Positions 9,461 through 19,947 of a DNA stretch of 64,000 bases are shown here, one piece after another. How positions within the stretch are numbered: position 1 is the stretch's first letter; every line of letters starts with the position of its first letter. The notes under the pieces are model-generated. The model searched no databases. It was given only the letters and a program-made list of their open reading frames with translations, and was not told where the DNA came from. This DNA is from an uncultured Desulfospira sp. (GTDB taxonomy: Bacteria; Desulfobacterota; Desulfobacteria; Desulfobacterales; Desulfobacteraceae), in the NCBI GenBank assembly GCA_963663165.1, contig OY760175.1:1440001-1504000 (forward strand). The letters are read 5' to 3'. The translations under genes and the position numbers were made by a program.

Positions 9461-9461
9461 T

Positions 9462-10874
9462 TTAATCAAACAATTCTTTTTCCAAAGCCTTGCGTGACGG
9501 CATTTTATCCGGCCGAATCGGCTTTTCGGGAATCAGCCGGACAAAAAAGGTGATCACATTTTCTTCGTAGTCTTCGCGTCTGTCATCATCTGATCTGAAA
9601 TTGGTGTGGGTGGCTCTGAGGCTCAGCTGCATCCATTTAAAAGGACTCCAGGTCAGGCCGCCTCCAACTTCCAGGGTTTGATCCCTTCTGTCTACATCAT
9701 CTTCACTGAAATCCTGGAGTTTGTAGGAGCCATAAAGGCTTGAAGACATTCTCTTCATGAGCTGGTAATCCAGACTGAACCCGGCCTGGTAGTAAATATT
9801 ATATCCCAGGCTGCCGGCGTCTTCATCCCCCTCGTCATACCCGCTTGAGCCGGTGAGGGCTAATGAACCCCTTCTGCTGAAGTTAAAAATTTTATAGACA
9901 TCTATGTCTATAAAAGGATTCGTTGAATCATCATTTTCATTGTCCCATTCATGGAACTGAACACCAAACCCTATGGATATACCCGAGTCCTCATCAATGT
10001 CCCAGTCAAAGCCCACAGACGGGTGATAGATTTCGTGATTTCCATCGGATCTGTCTGACAGATAATGCCGGTATTTGATATACCCGTCAAAATGCCTGGA
10101 AAACCTCCTGATATACCGAATGTCTCCGCTGATGGTCTCGTAATCCCTGTCTGAAAAAGATTCGAACTCCTTATTTTCATACTCAAGGTTGGATTCGATA
10201 CCGTCCAGCCGGGTGAACCAGTATTTTACAAAGGCCGAGGGTTCCCAGCTGGCATACTCATCTTGATCTGAATTCTTGTATTCATCAAATTCATAGGTAA
10301 GATCCATTCCTATTGAATTTTTTCCCCCGAACTTCTTGGTGATCCTTGCCAGGGTAGTGTTGGTCTGGTGTTCTTTATAGTCACCGGTCCTGACCTGCTC
10401 ATCAAAACTGTTTGAATAGTCCTGTGAAAGATAAATCCCAACAGTTTCAGTCAACTGGCTGTCCAAAGTTACCGATGCTGTATGTTCCCAGGAGTCCCCG
10501 TCATTATTGCCGTCATGGCCGTCATACTCCAAGTCCGCCCCTATACTGGTGTGTTTTGTGGGCTGGAAATCGGCGTTCAAACTTAAATTATGGTCCAGGC
10601 TGTCCCTGTCATCCATGGAGTCATAATCTTCGTAAGCCGGATTATAGCCAAAGTAAACCCTGCTTTTTTTATTCAAAAACCCCACGGAAAACCCAAGTTC
10701 ATAGGTAGTGGTCCACTCTTCTTTTTTATTTGAATCTGTGTTGAAATAATTATCATTAAACTCTTCGGTTATGGTCAGCGTTGGTGTGATCTGGGTAATC
10801 ATCCTGGCCTGAACCGGAACAGCCGGCAATAGACAGACCAAAACAATCCATACATGTTGTTTTTTGAATTTCAT
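9462..10874 (-). CDS. PEP-CTERM/EPS-associated outer-membrane beta-barrel protein
   Basis: Signal peptide (MKFKKQHVWIVLVCLLPAVPVQA), ITPTLTITEEFNDN, alternating beta-strand pattern, locus context. Confidence 0.8.
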   Translation of the reverse strand: MKFKKQHVWIVLVCLLPAVPVQARMITQITPTLTITEEFNDNYFNTDSNKKEEWTTTYELGFSVGFLNKKSRVYFGYNPAYEDYDSMDDRDSLDHNLSLNADFQPTKHTSIGADLEYDGHDGNNDGDSWEHTASVTLDSQLTETVGIYLSQDYSNSFDEQVRTGDYKEHQTNTTLARITKKFGGKNSIGMDLTYEFDEYKNSDQDEYASWEPSAFVKYWFTRLDGIESNLEYENKEFESFSDRDYETISGDIRYIRRFSRHFDGYIKYRHYLSDRSDGNHEIYHPSVGFDWDIDEDSGISIGFGVQFHEWDNENDDSTNPFIDIDVYKIFNFSRRGSLALTGSSGYDEGDEDAGSLGYNIYYQAGFSLDYQLMKRMSSSLYGSYKLQDFSEDDVDRRDQTLEVGGGLTWSPFKWMQLSLRATHTNFRSDDDRREDYEENVITFFVRLIPEKPIRPDKMPSRKALEKELFD

Positions 10875-10965
10875 CAGCACATCTCCCCCCAAATATGATT
10901 CAAAAGGCCTGGATGGCGCCATATTTCGCGGTCCTAAAAAGCCTGAGCACACACACCTTCTCCAC

Positions 10966-10997
10966 CCTCAAATCCCACATCCCACGTCCCATATCTC
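10966..10997. repeat. Single heptamer arm after the stop of the Wza-like gene
   Basis: cctcaaatcccacatcccacgtcccatatctc. Confidence 0.8.
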
Positions 10998-11003
10998 TAC
11001 CTA

Positions 11004-11591
11004 TCAAGGCACAATAATAATATCATCCGCCTTTAACTGGATATCTTTTTCAAGTTTTCCTTTAGTGATATCATCATAATCTATTTTAATCATCTGTTCT
11101 TTTCCGCCACTTCTGCGAAACAGGATAATTTCGTCCTTGGATGCCCACTCCGTAAACCCCTTGGCAAGGGCAAAGGCCTGGACAACGGTCAGTTTTTTAA
11201 TCAATGGATATTCCCCAACCCCCTGAACCTCGCCCAGAATATAATATTTCTGGCTTATGGGGTTTGCCAGGGTAACTGTAACGGTTGGCGCTTCAACAAA
11301 CTCCACCAGTTTCTCCTGGATGGCCTCTTTAAGTTCCATGGTGGTTTTTCCCTGAGCCTGAAGGTCGTCCAGAAGCGGAAAGGTAATTTTCCCATCGTTT
11401 CGTACCATGAGACCCTCAAACGAAAGATCCTCTTCTTTCCAGGTGCTAATTTTGAGTACATCCCCAATCCCGATTTTATAGTCAGGAGAAGATGGGGCAT
11501 CCTGGGAAAATCCGGTTTCAACCATAAATGAAAACAAAAAAGCCAAGGACAAAAACACCGGAAATATTCTAACCCGCCTAATCTTAAACAT
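11004..11591 (-). CDS. Polysaccharide biosynthesis/export protein (Poly_export + SLBB, Wza-like)
   Basis: YKIGIGDVLKI, VRNDGKITFPLL, ILGEV, ALAKGFTEWA, DIIIVP. Start reassigned to MFKIRR at 11591. Confidence 0.9.
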   Translation of the reverse strand: MFKIRRVRIFPVFLSLAFLFSFMVETGFSQDAPSSPDYKIGIGDVLKISTWKEEDLSFEGLMVRNDGKITFPLLDDLQAQGKTTMELKEAIQEKLVEFVEAPTVTVTLANPISQKYYILGEVQGVGEYPLIKKLTVVQAFALAKGFTEWASKDEIILFRRSGGKEQMIKIDYDDITKGKLEKDIQLKADDIIIVP

Positions 11592-11630
11592 AGCTCCGCC
11601 CTTTCGATTACATCGAATATCTTTGTTATA

Positions 11631-11706
11631 GAAATCTTGATTTGAAATTTGGATTTTACAAGGGAGTTTCACTCCCCCATCTCCCAAATCCCATACCCCA
11701 AGTCCC
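11631..11706. repeat. Heptamer arm plus degenerate counter-arm
   Basis: cccccatctcccaaatcccataccccaagtccc (11674-11706); degenerate gatttgaaatttggatttt (~11639-11657). Confidence 0.65.
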
Positions 11707-11709
11707 TTG

Positions 11710-13104
11710 TTATCTTGCCCCTCTCCCAAAAAGCACGGTTTTAACCGTCTTCATGATAATGACGATATCAAGCATCAGGGACATGTTTTTAATATAAAAA
11801 AGTTCGTAATTTAATTTTTCAACTGCATCTTCAATGGTCGCCCCGTAGTCATAGCAGACCTGGGCCCAGCCGGTAAGCCCGGGTTTTACGTTAAACCTCT
11901 GACTGTAAAAGGGAATCTGCTGTTCAAGCTGGTCTGTAAAATGTTTTCGCTCAGGCCTTGGGCCCACCATACTCATTTTACCGCAAAGGACCTCCCAAAG
12001 CTGGGGCAGTTCATCAATCCGGTATTTTCGGATAACCCGGCCCACCCGGGTGATCCGGGTGTCATTCTCCCCGGCCCAGACCGGCCCGGTCTTTTTCTCG
12101 GCATCGGCCACCATGGAACGGAATTTATGCATCATATACTCTTTTTTCCCTTTGCCTACCCGGTCTTGAGAAAACAATATTGGCCCTTTGGAATCAAGTT
12201 TGATCAAAATCGCTGTTATGATAAGAAGGGGGGACAAAAGGAGCAACATGATTGTTGACAAAATAATGTCTTCAATTCTTTTAAAAGTGGATTTTAATCT
12301 GGATTTTTGAAATCCCTCCGAAAAAATTAACCAGGAAGGATTGATATTTTTAACCAGAACCTTTCCGGCCAGCATTTCATAAAAAGAAGAGCCTTCCAGC
12401 ACTTCAATGCCTGCTGTTCTGCATTGCACCAGCTCGTCAACAGGGAAATACCCTCTTTTTTCTTTGAGTGCGACAACAATTTTATCAACATTGTTTTTGA
12501 TTGCAAGAGAATAAAGGGTGTTATCTCCCATTGGGGTAATCAAATTTTCAGGGACGTCCAGCGCATCAACATCTGTATTGGGACCTGGAATAATGCCCGT
12601 TACTTCATATCCGCAATCTATGGCCCCTGATACTCTGGTGTATATTTTTCGGGCAAGGTCACTTGCCCCTAAGATAATGATTTTTTTATTAAACATGCCG
12701 CGGTTGAGCAAATGGATATATCCTACCCGCCACAGGATAATAAACACCATTAGCAACAGAATACTTAGCATATAAATGCGCTGATCCAGAATCACCAGGG
12801 GAAAAATATAATAAATCAGAGCCAATGCAATGGAAGCAATCCCAAGGGCCTGGAGCAGCCGGACGGAAATTTCAGGCACACTGGAGATAATATCAAAATC
12901 ATACAGGTCATTATAATACAGACAGGTCTGGCAAATAATCGTAATCAGGGCAATTCTAAATAAAAGTAAAAAATCAAACCAATAAGAGCTTGAAAACGTC
13001 AGCAGGACCGATGAAACAAGAAAGGTGCCAAAGATAATAAGGCCTTCAAGCACAAGAAAAATCATGTTCCTGATGGGGAAATATTGTCTTAAAATTCTTA
13101 ACAC
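11710..13104 (-). CDS. XrtA/PEP-CTERM system sugar transferase (priming glycosyltransferase)
   Basis: KRIEDI, KFRSM, DTRITRVGRVIRKYRIDELPQ, MSMVGPRPE, VKPGLTGWAQV. Confidence 0.93.
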   Translation of the reverse strand: MLRILRQYFPIRNMIFLVLEGLIIFGTFLVSSVLLTFSSSYWFDFLLLFRIALITIICQTCLYYNDLYDFDIISSVPEISVRLLQALGIASIALALIYYIFPLVILDQRIYMLSILLLMVFIILWRVGYIHLLNRGMFNKKIIILGASDLARKIYTRVSGAIDCGYEVTGIIPGPNTDVDALDVPENLITPMGDNTLYSLAIKNNVDKIVVALKEKRGYFPVDELVQCRTAGIEVLEGSSFYEMLAGKVLVKNINPSWLIFSEGFQKSRLKSTFKRIEDIILSTIMLLLLSPLLIITAILIKLDSKGPILFSQDRVGKGKKEYMMHKFRSMVADAEKKTGPVWAGENDTRITRVGRVIRKYRIDELPQLWEVLCGKMSMVGPRPERKHFTDQLEQQIPFYSQRFNVKPGLTGWAQVCYDYGATIEDAVEKLNYELFYIKNMSLMLDIVIIMKTVKTVLFGRGAR

Positions 13105-13125
13105 CGGCTTAACCTCATCGCTTTT

Positions 13126-14025
13126 TTACTGGGTATAGCCATATCCGTATTTTTTATACCCATACCCGTACCCTATGGTTTTTTTGGAAAAGTTAGTGAT
13201 AACCCCCAGAATCTTTTCTCTTCCGTATATGTCCACAATATCCTGAACTTCTTTGATCCTGGTTTTACCGTGCCTGACCACTATCACGATACCATCAACG
13301 TATCTGGCAATGGCATTGGTCTCCGAAGTAATATAAGGCGGCGGGGTGTCAATGATGATGTATCTGTCGCTGTACCTGAGCTTGACCTCATGGAGCATTC
13401 GCCTCATCTGCTCAGATGACAACAGCTCTGACGGGTTTGAAGGAACAGGCCCCCCGGGCAGAATAGTCAGCTTACTGACAAATGTTTTATGCATAACCGA
13501 AGACAAGGGTGCCCCGGCAGACAGATAATCACTTAACCCCTTAATCTTCCTGCCCTCCAACCCAAACAGGGAATGAACGGTCGGGGACCTGAGGTCACAA
13601 TCCATTAAAAGAACATATTCGTCAATGCTTTGGGCCATGCTGATGGCCAGATTGGCGGAAACAAAGGACTTTCCTTCATGGGGAGAGGGGCTGGTAATCA
13701 TTATGGTCCGGGCCGGTTCCCCGTGTTCAGGAAAAAGAATATTGGTTTTTAACAGCCTGAACTGTTCCGCTGCCGGGGAATATGGTTTTAAAAGGGTGAT
13801 CAGTGCCGGATTTAAATCGACTGGGATTGATTCAATCTCCCGAATTTGATGGTCAGTTGTCTCATTTGCCTCATGGTCACCGTCCGTTTCAACTTCGTCA
13901 ACCAGCCCGTTTGCTGAAACGCTTTCAGTCACATCCGGTTCTTCGTGAGAACTGCCGATCACCGGTTCCTCACCGTCATGGATATGTTGTTCGGATTTTT
14001 CCAGCGCCTTGAATATTTTCCCCAA
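13126..14025 (-). CDS. Polysaccharide biosynthesis tyrosine autokinase (CpsD/CapB-like)
   Basis: Walker A SPHEGKS, DCDLRSP, IIDTPP, C-terminal Tyr cluster GYGYGYKKYGYGY. Probable TTG start (MGKIFKALEK). Confidence 0.93.
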   Translation of the reverse strand: MGKIFKALEKSEQHIHDGEEPVIGSSHEEPDVTESVSANGLVDEVETDGDHEANETTDHQIREIESIPVDLNPALITLLKPYSPAAEQFRLLKTNILFPEHGEPARTIMITSPSPHEGKSFVSANLAISMAQSIDEYVLLMDCDLRSPTVHSLFGLEGRKIKGLSDYLSAGAPLSSVMHKTFVSKLTILPGGPVPSNPSELLSSEQMRRMLHEVKLRYSDRYIIIDTPPPYITSETNAIARYVDGIVIVVRHGKTRIKEVQDIVDIYGREKILGVITNFSKKTIGYGYGYKKYGYGYTQ

Positions 14026-14042
14026 AATGCGTTCCCCCAAAG

Positions 14043-15707
14043 TTAAGACATAATGTGCATTTTAATAAAGTTGAGGGTCCTGTCCAAACCCTTTTGGTTT
14101 AAAATAATAAAAAACCCTAAGAACACAGCCGCATAGATACAGCATCCAGTAAAAACAAATGCTTTTATCCGGGTTCTGGCCCTGTCCGACGGTTTTTCCA
14201 AGGGAGGAATTACCGCCAGGATATGAAGCCCCAGGGTCTTTTCAATCTGCTCATCCCGTCTGATTACCGAGATGTTCAACATTTCCAGTAAAAAGACAAT
14301 GCCGCCGCCAATACCTGCCCCGCCGGCAATTGAAAGCAGGAAAAACAGCTTCACATTGGGGGAAATGGGTTTTTCAGGAAGGCGGGCATAATCAAGAATT
14401 CTAAACTGCTCCCCTTTCTGCTTTTTTTCCATATTTACCGAAAGCTCGGCTTCCAGCTTCCGGTCTAAAAGAGAGTTGTATATCTCCTGTATATTGGAAT
14501 AGTCCCGCTTCAGGGACTGGAGTTCCAGCTCTCGTTTAGGCGTATCTTCCACCCGCTGCTGGTAGATTTTCATCTTGTTTTCAATATCGGCAATGTCGGA
14601 CTCAAGTTTCTGAATCTCATTTTTCATTTGCGTTAACTGAGTCTCTTGCTGCATGGCTGCAAAATTGGGCATTGCCCCAAAATCTTTTTCAATGCTCTCC
14701 TCTTCCGGAATTGTTTCCTCTCCTGCCAGTGCCTTTTCTTCTTCAAGGGCTTTTTGCTGTTCTGCAATGGATTTTTCCAGATTTTCCATGATTTTTTTTA
14801 ATTTAGCCACATCCGGATGCTTTTCCGTGTATCGTAACAGAAGATTTTCATATTGTTCTTTAACTGAGGCCAGTTTCTTTTCATCTTCCGATTCCATCCT
14901 GGTATCATCTTCAAAATCAAAACTGCTGAAGGAATCATCAAAAGACTGGGATGCCATTTGCCTGGACTGGGCGATCTGGGTTTGCAGCATTTTCAACGAA
15001 TTATTGGCATCCCTTAACAGGGTGCCTTTTTCTGTGAGCTGCTGCTGAAGCCGGTCCAGGGTTCTTAAATTGGTTTCAAGCTCGTCGGGCAGGCCGCCCA
15101 GATACTTTGCCCGGTACGCCGCCAATTTTTGTTCACGTTCTTCCAGACGTTTCTTGGTTTTTTCCAGCTCTGAATCTAAAAACTCACTGGTGCCGATGGC
15201 CTGGGCCTCACGCACTTTAAGGTTTTCATCCATAAAATAGCTGGCCAGGGTATTGGCGATGCGCATCACCCGCTGAGGCTCCTGCCCTGTAAAGGATATG
15301 GAAAAAGCTTCTGCCCCGTCCCTGGCCCGTTCGATTTTAACGTTTATTTTTTTGCGCATGGATGCAATCTTGTCTTCTAAGTACATGCTCTCTTCATCGG
15401 CGAACAGGCCGAACTGATCAATAATTTTTTCCAGATTGCTCCGGCTTAGGATCTGCTGGGAAATGGTGCTGATCCGCTGACTGATAGTAGAAGTAACAAC
15501 GGATTGAACATAGTTGGTAGGGACCCGCTGGGGCTGAACCAGGATCAGGGTAGAGGCCTCATAGACCTTGTCCGCGGTCAGAGTCATAAAAAGACCTGCG
15601 GTTAAGGATATGCAAAGGGGGATGATGATGATCCATTTACCGCGGATGATGGTGTCCAGGATTTGATCCGGCTTGATCTGGGCCGGTGCTTGAAAGGGTT
15701 CTGCCAT
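14043..15707 (-). CDS. Polysaccharide chain-length determinant (Wzz/Wzc-type, XrtA system)
   Basis: N-terminal TM, long coiled coil, YTEKHPDV, GEQFRILDYARLPEKPISPN, C-terminal TMs. Confidence 0.9.
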   Translation of the reverse strand: MAEPFQAPAQIKPDQILDTIIRGKWIIIIPLCISLTAGLFMTLTADKVYEASTLILVQPQRVPTNYVQSVVTSTISQRISTISQQILSRSNLEKIIDQFGLFADEESMYLEDKIASMRKKINVKIERARDGAEAFSISFTGQEPQRVMRIANTLASYFMDENLKVREAQAIGTSEFLDSELEKTKKRLEEREQKLAAYRAKYLGGLPDELETNLRTLDRLQQQLTEKGTLLRDANNSLKMLQTQIAQSRQMASQSFDDSFSSFDFEDDTRMESEDEKKLASVKEQYENLLLRYTEKHPDVAKLKKIMENLEKSIAEQQKALEEEKALAGEETIPEEESIEKDFGAMPNFAAMQQETQLTQMKNEIQKLESDIADIENKMKIYQQRVEDTPKRELELQSLKRDYSNIQEIYNSLLDRKLEAELSVNMEKKQKGEQFRILDYARLPEKPISPNVKLFFLLSIAGGAGIGGGIVFLLEMLNISVIRRDEQIEKTLGLHILAVIPPLEKPSDRARTRIKAFVFTGCCIYAAVFLGFFIILNQKGLDRTLNFIKMHIMS

Positions 15708-16235
15708 CTTAATCCTAAATTATAAGTTAATCCTGTTAAAATGTTTTAGGCACGACCGCCTGTCGATGTATAACAGGTTCTTCCTCAGGTGTATGTTTCC
15801 CGGTTTCAACACCCAAAACCGGACACCCCGGAACTTCCAACAGCCATAACCTAAACAGAATCTTCATTCTTCTATCAAGTTTGGGGCTTTTGTCAACGGT
15901 TTAGTCGCTGAAATCCCTATTAATCATGTTTTTCTAACGTTTCTTTAAATCTTAAGGGCGGCGTGGAACCCAAACCGGGATCCCATGCCTGGGCATTTTA
16001 TTCCGCTGCTTTCTATTTTACACACCTAAAGGAAGCAATGCTTGATCTAACTTTACTGAACCATCCTGCGTTATTGACACAATCGATATTCGTAATTAAA
16101 GCAATTTTCATACCAATACACTCAAACCGATATAAAACGATGATTCCCCGGTGGAAGGCTTGTTTCAGGTCCCGATTCTCCGATTAAAAAAGCGGGCACC
16201 GGGCAAGAAAGGACTTTTTTTGGCAATACCGTGAC

Positions 16236-16273
16236 AAAAAAAAACAGGCTGTAGCGTTATTTCCTACAGCCTG
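16236..16273 (-). terminator. Rho-independent terminator after the PEP-CTERM gene
   Basis: CAGGCTGTAG / CTACAGCCTG stem followed by a 9-nt U tract on the minus strand. Confidence 0.8.
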
Positions 16274-16353
16274 CCTTCTTCAAATTAATGGGATGGATAA
16301 TGAGGGTTGTCTTTTAAAGTATGCCCAGGATCGGATTGATCGGATTTAAAACC

Positions 16354-17259
16354 CTAAGCTTGAAACCGCTTTCTGCCAAAAATGCTGGCACCGATAAGAC
16401 CGAAACCGAACAGAAGCAGGGTTTCGGGTTCAGGTACGGGAGATTCAGGGTCATTGCTTGACGTTGAGGGGATATCAGACCTGGCTGCAAGAAAGTCATT
16501 ACCGCATGACGGCTGCCAGTACATGGTGACGGAATCATAATCTGAAATCGTTATACCGGCCATAGTGGATAATATATTTGACAACTCAGTGAAGCTGATG
16601 GCTGCTTCCAATGTATACCGCCCGTTATAAGTTTCATGATTCCAATAATTTTCATCATACCCCAGGCTGAGTTTCCCTACATCTTCAAATGTATGAAGCA
16701 CAGTCCCGGTTTTTTCCCAATCCTTACCAAAATTGTCATAGTCGCTTGTTGTAGATCCCGTCATACCGCTGCCGGCGAGTAAACGCAAATCAACGTTGCC
16801 ATCTCCATCAATTGTAAAATCAAATGCAAAGTCATCGCTATCTACATTATCGGCAAAGGTTGCATCAAAAGATCCATTAGATGATTGATCGAAGTTGAAT
16901 ATAAAATCACCGGCAAGTACGCCTGTGGCATTCGATCCCGTTGTTTTATTAAGGTTAAACTCCGTCTGCAAACCGATATACAAGGTGTCGGTGCTTATAT
17001 ACAGGCCTAATTCTTCCACATCGTAGTCGTTATTCCCCGCCGCATATTGCTCTTCAACGCTCACATTGGTCAGGTTCGTTGATTTATTGAACCCGTTGGT
17101 GAAATTGGTTATTTTGTCGGATCCAAGAGTCCCCCAGTCCAGAGAAGAGTTGCTATACGACATATAACCGTCAGAAACATTAGGCGCTGCAAACGCCCCG
17201 GAAGAAAAAATAAAGACTGCTGTCAAGCTGAACATCAAAATTCTCATTAATTGTTTCAT
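16354..17259 (-). CDS. PEP-CTERM sorting-domain surface protein
   Basis: Signal peptide; Ser/Thr/Asn/Asp-rich body; WQPSCGND; C-terminal VPEP + TM + GRKR. Confidence 0.93.
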   Translation of the reverse strand: MKQLMRILMFSLTAVFIFSSGAFAAPNVSDGYMSYSNSSLDWGTLGSDKITNFTNGFNKSTNLTNVSVEEQYAAGNNDYDVEELGLYISTDTLYIGLQTEFNLNKTTGSNATGVLAGDFIFNFDQSSNGSFDATFADNVDSDDFAFDFTIDGDGNVDLRLLAGSGMTGSTTSDYDNFGKDWEKTGTVLHTFEDVGKLSLGYDENYWNHETYNGRYTLEAAISFTELSNILSTMAGITISDYDSVTMYWQPSCGNDFLAARSDIPSTSSNDPESPVPEPETLLLFGFGLIGASIFGRKRFQA

Positions 17260-17330
17260 TATCCTATACCTTTAATTAATAGTGACACTGTTTATAAATA
17301 ATTTATTAATTCAAATGTAAAAATCTATAT

Positions 17331-17346
17331 TGCAACCTTAGTGCCA
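17331..17346 (-). promoter_or_regulatory. Sigma-54 (-24/-12) promoter of the PEP-CTERM gene
   Basis: TGGCACTAAGGTTGCA matches TGGCAC-N5-TTGCW. Confidence 0.88.
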
Positions 17347-17484
17347 TTAAACACATAAAAATAAAATAAAAAACAAAATGATTAAAAAACACCTATATTT
17401 CAATTGGTTATATTTATCTTTTTTTTCGTCCTATAAAAAAAACTTGGCCCAAAAGTCTCTGGATGTTTCGAAAATCGGCCATAT

Positions 17485-17546
17485 GAGAAAAATTTTTCAC
17501 AATCATGAGAAAAAATTTTCACAATTTCTAGGAGAAATTTTTCACA
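17485..17546. promoter_or_regulatory. Triple near-palindromic GAGAAA(A)ATTTTCACA sites, probable enhancer (UAS)
   Basis: Copies at 17485, 17507 and 17532, ~140-200 bp upstream of the sigma54 promoter. Confidence 0.6.
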
Positions 17547-17574
17547 CCTGGAGAAAACCACAGAGATAATAGGG

Positions 17575-19932
17575 TTAATTTAACATTTTTCTGGCTTTTT
17601 CTGCATCTCTGAAGTCCGGGTCCAGGTCCAGGGCCTTTTTAAAAAACTGTCTGGCCTTTTCAAACTCCTGGTTCCGGTACAGGGTCATGCCGTAATGGTA
17701 ACAGGTAAGGGGGTTCTCAGGATTAAGCTTAAGGCTTTCCTGGAGTTCCGACCTGGCGTTAAGGTAATTTCCTTTCTGATAATACAGCCATCCCATGGTA
17801 TCCAGCACATTGGGATCTTTGGGTTTTTGCTGCCGGGCGATTTTTGCAAGGTCAAAGGCCTCGTCAACGGATTTTTCATCTTCTGATAAAATATAGGCCA
17901 GGTTGTTGGCGGCATCCGGATGTTTTGGGCTCAGGTTGAGAACCTTCCGGTAATACATAACTGCCATGGCATAATTTTCCAGCCGGTCATACAGAACCGC
18001 CATGGCCATAAGAGCCGGCAGGTAAGAAGGTTGGCTTTCTTCAACCACCTGATACTCTGCCAGGGCTTTATGAAACCGCCCTTTTTGCTTGTAATATGCG
18101 GCAATGTGCATTCGGGGACTGATAAACTCAGGCATTTTCTCTACTGCCCGGTTAAAATGTTCCAGCGCAGTGGAATGCTCCCCGGACTTTAGATATATCT
18201 CCCCTTTCAGATTCTCATAAAATGGGGTCGAATCCCTTTCTAACGCCTCTGGTCCGGCTGACATGTAGCCATTTACCAGGTCAATGGCTTCTTTAAACTT
18301 TTTTTCAGCCATGAGGATCTCGGTCATCATCTGGACCAATCCTGTTTGATCCGGCTGAAGCTTATGGGCCGTCTTGATGCATTCCAGGGCCTGGTCGGGC
18401 CTGCCCATGGACCGGTACAGCATCCCTAAACGGATATGGGCCGGGATGTATTCCGGCCTTTCTTTAAGGATTGTCTTTAAAATCTTTTCCGCCTCCTTTA
18501 CATCCCCCTCTAACAGGCTTATCCCGGACAGTAAGGTCATCACACGGATGCCCGGCTGTGAAATTTTAAACACCTCTTCAAGCTGTTCTTTGGCTTTGAC
18601 CAGATTCTTTTCAAGAATATAAATTTCAGCCAGATCAAGCCTGGCATCCACCAGCCCGGGGTCCACAGCAATCGCGGCCAGAAGATTTCCCTTGATCTGG
18701 TCTCTTTCAAATTCTTCAGGATTGTTCAGCATGCCGGCAGCTGCCCTGAAAATCTTTTGTTCCGGACGGTCTGTGGCCCCACGTTGTTCAATGCAAAGGG
18801 CCCGGTAGTAATAAGCCTTGGCATGGATCCGGTTAATGGCCAGGACTTGATCAAACTTGTCCAAAGCTTTTTTAAAGTCTTGTTTCAACATTAGAATCCG
18901 GCCCTGCTGGAAAAGGGCATCAATATAATTTTCATCAATGCTCAATGCCTTGTTAACGGCCTCTTCTGCCTCAGGTATCATATTAAAATGAGTGTAAACC
19001 TGGGCTAGCGCTGAATAAAGCAGCGGGCTTCGTTTTTGCTTGGCCAAAGCATTTTTTACCATTAAAACCGCCTTATCCAAATCTTTCTGCCGGGTATAGA
19101 ACTGGGCCAGGTTGAGCAGGGGCTCAATTCTGTCCGGTCCTTCCATCATGGCGTTCTGATAGCTTTCCTCTGCCAGATCAAATTTGCCCCGGTTCTCGTA
19201 AAACTTGGCCAGATCGGTATATTTTAACAGTTTGTTGCCCCCGGCCTCCAGGGTCCCTTTTAACAGACTTTCAACTTTATCCCACTCACGATCATAAGCA
19301 TATATCCGGGCAAGCCCCATATAGGCATCCCTGGCGGATGGATCAGCTGAAAGTGCCGCCAAATAGGCATTGGCCGCCTTATCAACCGCTCCGGTTTTAA
19401 TATAAAGTTGGGCCAGTGAGGTATAGGTCCGGGTATTTTTGGAATCAATGGATGCGGCTTTGTTTAACGTCTCAATGGCCGCCCCAAGGTCTCTTTCTTT
19501 AACCATGATCCCGGCAAGGATATGGTGGGCGGCAACAGACAATGGGGCTATGTCCAAGACTTTTGAAACATACTCCCGGGCCTCAAGAAGCTGTCCGGTC
19601 TGCATATAGATCTGGGCCAGCCGCAAATGGGGCATGATATTCTGGGGATTTGCCTTGGCCGCCAGGTTGTAATACCGGGTGGCCTTGTTGACTTGGCGGG
19701 TAAGCACATAGGCTTCGGCCAGTTCAAACAGGGCCACATCATTGTTGGGGTCCAGCTGCACCGCATTCCGAAACTCCACGACCGCCATTTCCGGTTTGTT
19801 CTGGGCCATATAATCCCTGGCCTTTTTAATATGGCCTTGGGCCTCTTTTTTATCGGAATTTGAACATCCTGCCATGCAAAGGCAGCATATAAGAATGGCA
19901 CTGATCAGATGTTTTGCACAAAGCTTCTTCAT
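17575..19932 (-). CDS. TPR-repeat lipoprotein (PrsT-like)
   Basis: Lipobox MAGC, many TPRs, C-terminal AANNLAY / NVLDTMGWLYY. Confidence 0.88.
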   Translation of the reverse strand: MKKLCAKHLISAILICCLCMAGCSNSDKKEAQGHIKKARDYMAQNKPEMAVVEFRNAVQLDPNNDVALFELAEAYVLTRQVNKATRYYNLAAKANPQNIMPHLRLAQIYMQTGQLLEAREYVSKVLDIAPLSVAAHHILAGIMVKERDLGAAIETLNKAASIDSKNTRTYTSLAQLYIKTGAVDKAANAYLAALSADPSARDAYMGLARIYAYDREWDKVESLLKGTLEAGGNKLLKYTDLAKFYENRGKFDLAEESYQNAMMEGPDRIEPLLNLAQFYTRQKDLDKAVLMVKNALAKQKRSPLLYSALAQVYTHFNMIPEAEEAVNKALSIDENYIDALFQQGRILMLKQDFKKALDKFDQVLAINRIHAKAYYYRALCIEQRGATDRPEQKIFRAAAGMLNNPEEFERDQIKGNLLAAIAVDPGLVDARLDLAEIYILEKNLVKAKEQLEEVFKISQPGIRVMTLLSGISLLEGDVKEAEKILKTILKERPEYIPAHIRLGMLYRSMGRPDQALECIKTAHKLQPDQTGLVQMMTEILMAEKKFKEAIDLVNGYMSAGPEALERDSTPFYENLKGEIYLKSGEHSTALEHFNRAVEKMPEFISPRMHIAAYYKQKGRFHKALAEYQVVEESQPSYLPALMAMAVLYDRLENYAMAVMYYRKVLNLSPKHPDAANNLAYILSEDEKSVDEAFDLAKIARQQKPKDPNVLDTMGWLYYQKGNYLNARSELQESLKLNPENPLTCYHYGMTLYRNQEFEKARQFFKKALDLDPDFRDAEKARKMLN

Positions 19933-19947
19933 TGGCAGTATCCTTTA

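Noticed and set aside
15751..15760. ops/RfaH-like element (GGCGGTCGTG, minus strand) upstream of the chain-length gene
   Set aside because: It does not match GGCGGTAGnnTG well enough to support.
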